From NCBI RefSeq assembly GCF_023055435.1, contig NW_025964372.1, positions 50,654,001-50,718,000 on the forward strand: 64,000 nt of DNA, written 5' to 3'. The notes beneath the pieces were generated by a model. It was not told where the DNA came from and searched no databases. It was given only the letters and a program-made list of their open reading frames with translations. The translations under genes were made by a program, and so were the position numbers. Numbering within the stretch: position 1 is the stretch's first letter; each line of letters begins with the position of its first letter. Of this stretch, positions 53,768-64,000 are shown piece by piece. Source of the DNA: Haliotis rufescens. Its lineage: Eukaryota.

Positions 53768-53858
53768 AGCCTTTGTTCTTAACAAAACTTTTGATGAAAT
53801 TATTTTCTCCCGAGCTGCTGATCTCCACCAGAAAGCCATCGAAGTCTTTGCATATTTC
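53768..53858 (-). CDS. C-type lectin exon (EICKDFDGFLVEISSSGENNFIKSFVKNKG)
   Basis: ctattacAG acceptor and T|GTGAGT donor, 91 nt, phase 0-1. CTLD helix motif C-x4-G-x-L-V-x-I-x-S-x2-EN-x-F. Confidence 0.85.
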
Positions 53859-54203
53859 CTGTAATAGATGAGAGTGTGAGAGTGAGTTAAAACGCCGCTG
53901 CTAACAGTATTCCAGTTATTTGACGACCTTGGATTCGTTACCGCGGAATAAACTTAACAGATATAGATGATTTTAAATTAGATTAAAATAGGTAATAGAT
54001 CAATAGTGAGGTGGCTTTGCACAAAATTTTGCCATTATTGTTACACGGTGGATAAAAAGCACCAAACTTTGCATGTAGCAGATTCACCCCTGGAGGGGCC
54101 ACATCTGACCATGACCAGACACTACCACGAAGTTACGCTCTTGGCTCTTTTCAGCCTGCAGAATGAAGCTTTCCTTCTTTCGGGAAGATCAGGTGAAGAA
54201 GGT

Positions 54204-54466
54204 TTTGTTTGTTTGTTGTTTAACGCCGCACTCAGCAATATTCCAGCTATATGGCGGCTGTCTGTAAATAATCGAGTCTGGACCAGACAATCCAGTGATT
54301 GATTTCATGAGCATCGATCCATGCATTTGGGATCGATGGCATGCATCAACCAAGTCAGCGAGCCTGACCACCCGATCCCGTTAGTCGCCTTTTACGACAA
54401 GCATAGTCACCCTTTACGGCAAGCATGGGTTGCTGAAGACCTATTCTACCACAGAATCTTCACGGG
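54204..54466 (-). mobile_element. SINE-like family B copy
   Basis: Match to 15742-15997. Confidence 0.8.
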
Positions 54467-54569
54467 TGAAGATGGTACTCTGTAATCTTGGAAAGACGGG
54501 ATGTGGCAAAGGTGTCCTACATTTAAGTATCGTAACCTCACCGTGCAACTTTAACTCACTCACTCACTG

Positions 54570-55400
54570 GAACTCAAGTTCTTCTTGTTCATCCTGGCTC
54601 ACAGAGAAAGAAATTCAGCTGACACCTATGTTCTGAGCCCTCGACCACACTCATTGTGCGCCCATATAAGAGACATGATAGCCTAAGAAGAAGTCGGAGT
54701 TTGAGAAGAATTACCAGTGGTAATTCAAAATGATATACACATTTTCTCATGAGCAGAGAACAAGCAAGTCAAGGCTTCAGGTGGTGCAACTTGATAAACA
54801 GAAAACTCCATTTGCTTTCAAATGCCGGATGCCTTCAGGGACTGACAGGTAGATTAGTCAAACAGTTTGAAAATGTGTATATTCTAGATGATAATCCAGA
54901 TCTTCCAGTAACTTCGAACACCATGAGCGAGGGCTTCCGAACAAGAAACATTATGAAAGCCGGCCAAGAGCCTTTCAGCTCTCCCAAATTTACAAAGTAG
55001 CCAAAGGTCTTTCCCATTCCATAGGCAACCCATATATCTGCTTAGGATTGTAATGCAATCAGCTGGTCATGACATTTTTCAGTAAGGATGAACAAAACAT
55101 CTGTATCCACTGCACGCATCTGCAGTGAAGTCACACCATGCACAGAATGAATGACAATCCTTGTGTCTGCTTCCTCGTGATTGTAATTTGTCAAGAAGGT
55201 GAGAGAATCCTTGCCCTTCAATGTCACAGCTGCTCCAGATGTCCTATAGACAGTTTGGGCTTCTGGCCATGGCTTTTCTCCAACATGTGGAGCTAAGAGC
55301 TGACATAATTCTTCCCAAGTGATTTGGCCATATTGGATTTTTGTGGAAGCTACAAATATATTTCAAGTTGGCTCCTATACTCAGTATTCAGTATGGGTGG
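54570..55400 (-). mobile_element. Relic of an Academ-like XPG-type nuclease coding region
   Basis: NHEEADTRIVIH and AVDTDVLFIL motifs; fragmented; ends not found. Confidence 0.55.
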
Positions 55401-56133
55401 ATGTATCATTGTGCCAAATTGGATGCTGTTATCCTCCTTTTTACAATAATTTGGTTAAGCCCTTTGACTTTCACTGAAAATAAACCATGACACCAGGTGT
55501 CCGCAGATTGGGTAAGCATGTCCTTCTCTACCGGCAGCACCCGCCACACAATTTGTTTTAAAAAAAGTGTTTGTTTGTTTGTTGCCAAATGCCGCACCCA
55601 TCAAAACTCCAGTCATACGATAGTGGCCCGTAATATGCCATATGAATTGGTCATTGTTGATGACATTATACTTCAAACTTAATGACCAACATGGCCAGGG
55701 ACTGGTTCTGAATGACAACATATACTTGTAGCTATAAACTAAGTTCAACTTCAGGTAATCAATAAGCAGACACGACGCGTTCTATTCGCTGTGCAGAGTC
55801 CCGCCCAATAGCGGTATCAGAAACCTCTGGTCCTGGGTTCGAATCCCACATTTGACATTATTATGGTTTGTCAGCACCATACCCATGTTCGTTGGTTTAA
55901 GCCAAAATGTAAACTTCCGACTTTCCACGCACGTCAAGCCGAAATATTACTGAAATACTTTTCAAAGCGGCGTTAAAACAAACTCTCTCACTCACTCACA
56001 GTGGCGCACACACGAAAGCATTTCTGGTGCGAATGGAGCACTCGAACAAACATTCCTCTGTTTTAAAAAAAATCAATAGAAGACAGGTTCGAGGTTATTC
56101 ACAGTCACTGGAACTATGTTGTGAAGATCTCAC

Positions 56134-56222
56134 CTCTGCTTCGGCCCACGTTGACGGGTTTTGTATGAGAGTGTAGCAAGATCCTTCAAAGGAAGTCCAG
56201 TAGTTGGGACACGAGCAGTGTG
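56134..56222 (-). CDS. C-type lectin exon (AHCSCPNYWTSFEGSCYTLIQNPSTWAEAE)
   Basis: AG at 56224-56223 and GAG|GTGAGA donor, 89 nt, phase 1-0. Classic CPxxW..GSCY..TWxxA motif. Confidence 0.9.
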
Positions 56223-56324
56223 CTTTAAATACAGGAGGAAACAGTGAGTCAGTGTGTTTGATTCCACAGTCAGCACAATTACAGAAAACTCAAAAGCAGT
56301 TAATGAACACACGATTACTTTATA

Positions 56325-56463
56325 GTGAGTGAGTGAGTATGGTTTTACGCCGCTTTTAGCTGTATTCCACATGGGCTTCCCACATTGTACCCATGTCGAG
56401 AATCGAACCCGGGTCTTCAGCGTGGCGAGCTAACGCTTTAACCACTAGGCTACCCGACCGCCC
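56325..56463 (-). mobile_element. SINE family A copy
   Basis: 12-bp TSD GATTACTTTATA on both sides. Confidence 0.85.
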
Positions 56464-59394
56464 TGATTACTTTATATGTCTACCGTTAATCTGTCAGATT
56501 CACTAAAGTCAAATAACAACATGGCATGACAGATTAACCTAAGTCGTATGAAAAAATCGTGTGTTCTGTAACGTCTTTGGACATTCTGTCGGGTAACAAT
56601 AGCAGACATGTCAAGTGTTATGTGACAGTGTATTTTATTGTTGAACAGTGATTGTAACTGTGTTACATTGTTTCTGCTGAGATTCGGTAGACGCTTATTG
56701 CATTGTGTTTGGAAAGTGAGCAGTCGTCAGGAAGTTACTATATTTAGATGCTTAGTGTGGTATGTAAATTGACAGTGACAGTATGTTATAGAAAGTTCTG
56801 TAATGAACAAGTGCTGCTAGACTGGTGAGGGCCCTGTATAGAACTTTCCAGTAGCTGGTTAGTGTGTGAGTATGGTGTTACCGCGCTTTTAGCTGTATTC
56901 AAGCAATATCACGGCGGGGGACACCAGTAATGGGCATCACATATTGTTCCCATGTGGGGAATCGAACCTGGGACGATCGGACGCTTTAACCACAAGGCTA
57001 CCCAACCGCCCCCTGCAGCTGGTTAGACTATATAAATTGACAATAGCGTGTTTACGTATATCTCACGTATTACCATCACATCGGAACCACCTTTCATGTG
57101 AGGATCGCTCAGCATCCCTGATTTCCTGCCTAGCCCATCTCGGAGGTTTGACCACTGTCGCCGCTGGGTGAATATATATTATTATCATTGACTTTGCTAT
57201 CACCACTATATTTGTGTATTTTATACTGACCACTGATATCATATTATATCTTGCCACTGAATATTGTACTACCACTGCCATTGTATTGTTTACTGCCATT
57301 GTAATTGCTGTGCAGTAATTTGTATTGGTTTATAAAACTGGTGAATGTTTGTAATACATTTGTTGATTGTATACCATTTGTTGGTTGTTTGTGGGTTTCA
57401 CACTAGGTTCTTTTACGTAAAGATTTATGGGTTAACATATCGTTTCAATTTGGGAATCGAGACGATACGCAAGTCATTCACAATCCTTTGAATAAAATGA
57501 CACGGGTGGTCCAGTCGTCCAAACCAACGAGGGTCGGTGTGCAGAGCGTATGTTCAAATCGTATTATGATCCTGGTTTGCTTGCACCATTCTCGTGGGTA
57601 AACCGGTTCACACCGATCATGTTTCTAGGTTTGTCAGTACCACACCCGTGCTCAAAGGTTTCACCAAAATGGTCAACGTCTGAGACCTGCATCACCGGGC
57701 TTTTCTCCCACGTTAAGCAGACACGCCTTTATATATCTGGAATACTGTTAAAAGCGGCGTTAAACCAAACTCAGTCCCTAGTTGGTCACTTGTGGATTTG
57801 TATTCAAATCGCATTATTTTCAAATTTAACAAACTAACTCTAAGGTCCAAGAATATGTTTGTTGAAATCTCAATATCATCTACAAAGTTTGTGTTATTAA
57901 AATCACGCTTCTATATAGATAGGAGACGAGATCGTGTTTTTTGGTTTGATTCTTAACATCAAATCCGACGGCGGTCTGTAAAAAGTCGACAAACTAGTGA
58001 CTGATAGTATGAGCAACGTGTCACGTCACCGAGCCTGACCACCCGATTCACTCTGTCGCCTCCTACAACAATCAGAGTTTGCCTGGGACCATAGCGAACC
58101 GGGTACTGGATGTCTGATCTGAACTGCTGGCAAAAGAAAGTATACATCCATGGTTGATGGTCGCTAAAAATGAAGCAATCAAGAAATGGTTATTCGATGG
58201 TGATGTATTTCATACGGGTATCATAGTTGTGCTTTGAACCTTACGTTGCAGTGTTTCGGAGAACGTGTTCAGCCTAGTAACGTTTTGATAACATCGAATC
58301 CAAGTTTCAAGTGTATACTTTCTTCTTCCCGTCACTAAAGTATAACAAGACGGGGACTCCGGTTGGAGTAGGTCGCCATGATCCTCTGAGTGTCGTACTT
58401 AAGAGGCGGTAAATGGATATAGTGATCTGCGTCGATCGATGTTCAGTATGTCAATCACTGGATCTACTGATCCAGAAGCAATTATTTACAGATCGCCGTC
58501 ATGTAGCTGGGATTCTGCTGAGCGCTGTGTTAGCAACAAACAGGGAAAAACAACAAAGAAGATTGTTTTTGTACATTCATGTCTGATGAAAAAGCATGTC
58601 CTCAATATGGACATAAGATTATGCCCTTGTAGCACGGTGGTGGGTCTCGCTATCGGAAACACCTGGCAGAGTCACTCATAATTATAGGTCTGTGTTCGCG
58701 AGGAGAAATTAAAAAACAACTTTCGCGATAAGCATGTTGTTCACATGTGTTGTTCTAACGTAACATGCCTAGTCTATTTGTTTTTTTAGCGTAAATTTCA
58801 AGGATTTAAATACTTTTTATACATTTTTCGATGCTTCAGAATTGTATGACCTGCCACTACTGCTGACCTATGTTCAGGGCAGCATGACTACATGTTTCTG
58901 AGATATAACTGACACGCTGTGATATAACTGGAATACTGATCAAAGCGACGTTTAACCAAACTCACTCACTCACTCTTCTACACTTCTCATACTACAGTCT
59001 AGAGGTACGTGACATAATTTCGTAATTTCGTAACGGTATCTCAGCTTATGTAATCATCGATAACTCTGGCCCCAAACAGATTTAGTCTTATTCCCACTTA
59101 CCAAGTAGTTAAAAGGGATTAACTACAGCTTATAAAAAGTGTGAGCAATAAAAATCTGGTACAACGTGAATATAAATAGCATAGGCATTGTCAGCATATA
59201 GTAACGAGATCAAAGAATAAAGCAGCATGTCACACACCATACACAGCAACTTATAGAGATAAGCAATTTATCAAACATATTTGAGCAGAGCAATAACATT
59301 TAACATTTGTTAACACCGCCATGGCTTGGCCACGTTAAGTTAAAATTGCAGCAGTACGCAAGATTATCATAACTTAACTCTCTGGATCTGTTCA

Positions 59395-59643
59395 GATCCG
59401 GGGTAGAATAGGTCTTCAGCAACCCATGCTTGCTGCAAAAGGCGACTGGTTGTCGTAAGTGGCGACTAACAAGATCTAACAGTCAGACTCGCAGCCTTGA
59501 TTGATGCATGTCATCATTATCCCAATTGTGTAGATCGATGTTCATGATCTCAGTCACCGGAATGTCTGGACCAGTTCGATTTACAGACCGTCGTAATGTA
59601 GCTGGAATAGTGTTGAGTGCGGCGTTAAGCAACAAACAAACAA
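59395..59643 (+). mobile_element. SINE-like family B copy
   Basis: Reverse complement of the 54204 copy, with (AAAC)n tail. Confidence 0.75.
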
Positions 59644-59761
59644 ACATTCTGAAGTCTAAGCCCGACATCTATCAGGACGGTTCAATATTTAAGGAAGAAA
59701 AACAAGCAACAAAGAACTGCATTGTATTGAAAGATACATACGAGTAGAAGGATGTACTCAC

Positions 59762-59801
59762 CACATGCAAGAAGCATGCATGTTGTCAGAATACGACATA
59801 T
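59762..59801 (-). CDS. Probable signal-peptide exon of the C-type lectin (ICRILTTCMLLAC)
   Basis: ttttgcAG acceptor and G|GTGAGT phase-1 donor matching the exon at 56222. Start codon not located. Confidence 0.6.
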
Positions 59802-61431
59802 CTGCAAAATTTTTGCTTCGGAAATGAAAACAAGTGGGTCAGGACAATGCTGATAGCGGCTTGTATCCAACATGCATGTACTCGTCCGGCAACACAACCA
59901 GGTGATTCATGTCCTGCCCTTGTGCCAGGCATTTAGCAACGTCACCGACGGAAGTTATACGATGTTGTTTGTTTGTTTGTTGTTTAACGTCGCACTCAGC
60001 AGTATTCCAGCTATATGACGGTGGTCTGTAAATAATCGAGTCTGGACCAGACAATCCAGTGATTGACATCATGCGCATCGGTCTACATAATTGGGATACG
60101 ATTACATCAAGTCAGCGAGTCTGCCCATCCGATCCCGTGTTTGGGTATTAAATGTTATAAACCTTTTCACACAAAAATAGTGCGCAGGATTACATTGATA
60201 GCCTACATATTGATTCATAAAAAGTGGCTGCCTATCGATCACCCATGTGAACTGTAAAACATATCTATGTTTCCTCTGTTACTCACTGGGTCTCTAATAC
60301 AAGCCAGGTCTCTAATACAAGCCAGGTCTCTAATACACACGGATCTATGGCTCTGGCGAAATTAATAGACGACCTAGTGTCTAATAGAGGAAATACGGTA
60401 GTTTGATATCGGATGTTTTGGACGACGATATGACGTTCTAGGCCGTAACCCTGACTGCCTCGATGATGAGATTACAAGACTTTACGAAGGCATATCTCTT
60501 CCATACAAATGAAATGTTTATGAAACTGCTAGGGACATGTTTGGTGGCGAACAGACTCGGAACAGGCAATTTCGTCATTGAAACAACCGACAATGAAAGT
60601 AAAATATAACATTATAAAAATGTGTGTGAAGAAGCTTTATTTAGACAACATATTCATTGTCATCCTCGACAACCACGGACTTGGTAGGTGGGGATTTTAA
60701 AGTCCATCAAAAAACAATCCTCCCTTGGAAACTCCATGAAAACAATTCTCAATGGCTCATAGAGTAAATATACATGTTAATGTTGAACCACATCATAGAT
60801 CGGGCTTGTCATCTTGCTTTGTGTATCTTGTCTGAGGTTTAGGTAAACAACAACATTGTCAGCCATTGACAGTTATGAGGTGTGAGTAACCGTGAGTTAG
60901 GTCAAGTTCGGGGTCGAGACACATTTATTTTGATTATTTTTTAATTATTTACTGGTGGTAATTACTGGCTAACTAATAAGACTTACACATGTAAAATAAA
61001 TAGTAGAATGTTAATTCAGAAAGTTTGTTAGAGAAATATGTTCGTTTGCATTTCTACAACCTGTCACCCCTACACTGGACATGGCATATTCGATTTCCAA
61101 GAAATGACGTCTCGCGCAGATTTCCAAGAAATGACTTGGTGAGTCCAAACTACACGGCAGGTTGTTATGATATTAAAACATCTATCTCTGGACTATGTTT
61201 GGAGGTTTATTTGTCAACTTCCTTTTGAAATACTATGTGTTTTGAACACTTAGTTTGAACTACTCAAGATTATGGGTATTTTAATGTTGAACTTTAGTTA
61301 TATTTGTTACATATATTACTACCTGTGACCACTTTTCAGAATGTTCTAAGATTGCAGACCTTTGTACCCTGTGTTGTTACGCGTTGCAAGAAAGCACCTT
61401 TTTCACAGCGTTGTTGCATTCATGGTAGAAT

Positions 61432-61606
61432 GGAGATAAACCTACTGTGTCTTGAAATTTAATGTAGTCCCCAGTAGAGTAGATACCGCAGTCTTATTTT
61501 AATGTGGAACCGAGGGCTCTAGCGCTAGGTTTGAAACGTATAAATAAGAGGTATCTACTCTACACTGGGACTACATCAAATTTCAAAACACAGTAGGTTT
61601 ATCTCC
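61432..61606. mobile_element. MITE / palindromic element with ~55-bp TIRs
   Basis: ggagataaacctactgtgt.. and ..acacagtaggtttatctcc. Confidence 0.7.
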
Positions 61607-61947
61607 TAATTAATCAACACGTTACATGACGCTTGTGTTACGATCCGTCACATTTGGATGTTCTGACACCTTTGATAATATTTACACAAATCACAGAGAT
61701 ATGAATGCACTCAAAGCAGAGCAAAGCTTAGAGTTCAATAAAACGTAAACATCCGTGCCATCATGTCTTTGGAACAAAAGAGCAACTCAAATCTTGTTCT
61801 TCTTTGCAGGGGTCTGTGATCAGCTCATTTCCACGTCTCGCCACCTCCATCCATCCAGATGTATCACTATCCTTGCCACACAGTGTATGTTCACAGATCG
61901 ACAATGGACATATTCCATTGCCTTTCAATGGTCGACTAACTATTGCT

Positions 61948-62195
61948 CTAGGGGTTCTGAAGTTGTGACAGCACGGAATCCGCTTCTCCAAGTCTCGTAC
62001 TGTATACTGCCACTAAGACAATGTTGACCACTACCGACACGGCACTCATGACTAAGTCAATAGCTGGTAAGGACGTGCAGCTGCAAGTCTTGCCCTTCTC
62101 CTCTGTGGCCTCCTTGTATTTGTGGACACACAGCAGAACGACGCTCAGCACAATGACACTAAGTCCATGGGTAACGACTGACACCATATAATTCC
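61948..62195 (-). CDS. Last exon (M3, short loop, M4) of a Cys-loop ligand-gated ion channel subunit
   Basis: gtcctttcAG acceptor, phase 1, 248 nt to TAG. Two hydrophobic helices; the ID motif precedes M4. Confidence 0.85.
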
Positions 62196-62504
62196 CTGAA
62201 AGGACAACGTGAATAAGGGAGAGAGTGAGTAGGGTTTTACGCCGCTTTTAGCAATGTTCCAGCAATATCACGCTCGGACACCAGTAATGGGCATCACACA
62301 ATGTACCCATGTGGGGAATCGAACCCGGGTCTTCGAGCGAACCCTTTAACCACTAGGCCCCCGTGAAAGTAAAGAATAACAGCTGTATTCTCCATTAACA
62401 TACAACAGTAATATAGTTTCTGATTGACATCCACAAACGGTACTTTGGCAGGGCTTCAAACCTATCTTTAATGTATTAATACAGGTACACCTTCACATCA
62501 CTGA

Positions 62505-62673
62505 GAGGAGCGATGGGGGTAGCCTTGTGGTTAAAGCGTTCGATCGTCATGTAGAAGGCGAGGGCTCGATTCCCCACATGGGTATCATGTGTGAAGCCCA
62601 TTTCTGGTGTCCCCAGCAGTGATATTGCTGGAATATTGCTAAAAGCGGCGTAAAATCAAACTCACTCACTCAC
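62505..62673 (+). mobile_element. SINE family A copy (inverted partner at 62218-62361)
   Basis: A/B boxes and (ACTC)n tail. Confidence 0.8.
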
Positions 62674-63532
62674 AGTGGTAAAATGAGAAAACAACATAAA
62701 GAGTGTTCACGAAAGCTTAATTTCGTAGACAATGTTTTTCATGAAATAGATAGTTTACTCATTCAGTCATCTGTCATGCCTCAGACTGGAGGCGTGTTAT
62801 GCATGCTATTTGTCAGTGACATACATTTCGTCCTGCATCTAAGCTCAGATTCGACATCGGTACAATGTCACTAACATAGTTCTCAACAGAAGTGAAGGAT
62901 TGATGCCGATTTATAGTGCTAGCTCACTGAGATACCATGTCACAATTTAACATGAATACCCCACTCAGACACAGTATACTGACTCCGAGCCGACCAGTCC
63001 TTGTGTTAGCCCCTTAATGCCGAGCGCCAGACAGGGTAACACCAAATACAATCTTTTGCTATGACGCGGCCGGGGATCGAAACCCGGACCTTCCGCTGTC
63101 CGGGCGGACGCTCTACCACAAGACCACGGAGGCGTTAGTTGGGTTTAATGCCGATGTGAACAGTTTTCAGTTTACTGCGTGTTGTTATAAGCCACACTCA
63201 ACAATATTCAAGCTATATTACAGATGCCTGTAAATAATCGAGTCTGGACCAGAAGATCCAGTGATTAATATTGTGAGAAACAATCCACGCCGTCCGGATA
63301 CAATGACAAGTTATCAACAAAGTCAGCGAGCCTGATCATCAGACGCCATGAGTCATCCGGACAAACCAAGGGTCGTAATGAAACCTAAGCCACGGACATG
63401 AGATCCTGGGACACAACTCCTCACAGGAAATTGCGCCCTGGACGACCGGCCTATCCGTGTTCCCACAGTTTGCATAGTCTCCAAAAGATAAAGTTAAACT
63501 TTCAATCTGAAATATTTTGACAAGGGGCTTAC

Positions 63533-64000
63533 CCAAATGGAAGTTATCGGAACTTGTAACCGGAGGCAGGATGCTAAAAAGAAGGACCATAAATATGCTG
63601 AGAGATACCAGCATTGCCAGCGAATACAACAGTTTGTCCGCTCTTGTGAATGGTATTAGAAACACTCCACTCAAGAGGAAGGAGAGGAAACAGAATGGCA
63701 CCAGCATCAGTAAGGTATAGAAGGGCGTCTGGCGCTGAAACACAAAAGTGTAAGTCAGACTTGAGTAGTTGAATCCAAAGCCACCGGCCACACTATGCGT
63801 CTTCACTGACAAATATTTCTCCATGATGCCCCACTGCCTCTCTCCTGCGTACAGAGCCAGCGATATAGTCTTGCCCTGGGACTTCACACTTCTCAAAGTG
63901 ACATCTGTCGTTGGGTGGACCCAACTTCCGATTTCCACATAACAGATCTGAATATCGTATGGGAAATACCGAATGTCGAACCCACATGCTGTTCTTGGGG
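63533..64000 (-). CDS. nAChR-like Cys-loop receptor exon (Cys loop, M1, M2); 5' end lies outside the window
   Basis: CGFDIRYFPYDIQIC (C-x13-C), GSW, FQRQTPFY..LVP, M2 ADKLLYSLAMLVSLSIFMVLLFSILP; G|GTAAGC donor. Confidence 0.92.

Noticed and set aside
56567-57438. Possible solo LTR (TGTAAC...TTAACA)
   Set aside because: No matching TSD and no second copy in the window.

Overview
Eukaryotic, intron-rich, repeat-rich animal DNA. The SINE families, perlucin-like lectin and Academ element suggest a mollusc, probably an abalone-like gastropod (inference). Almost all long ORFs in the supplied track are translations of tandem arrays. Reading splice sites by hand gives four minus-strand gene models: (1) a complete 7-exon, 272-aa secreted protein with two Ly6/uPAR-like Cys-rich domains, a Pro/Thr linker and a ShKT-like domain (18169->374); (2) a probably pseudogenised TM + B30.2/SPRY-like gene (26401->24601); (3) a QPD-type C-type lectin whose last exon has a frameshifting deletion (59801->45350); (4) the 3' part of a divergent Cys-loop (nAChR-like) subunit with a very short M3-M4 loop (64000->61948). 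Mobile DNA includes two insertions of one RNase H LINE with TSDs, an Academ-like transposon with ~485-bp TIRs, a Tc1 relic, a Crypton-like element, MITEs and many SINEs. Ten tandem arrays cover about 38% of the window. The main observation is that several arrays are amplified splice junctions. The 21-bp and 43-bp arrays are ~75 and ~104 copies of the exon end plus 5' splice site of two consecutive exons of gene 1. Other arrays start at a candidate acceptor or branch point.
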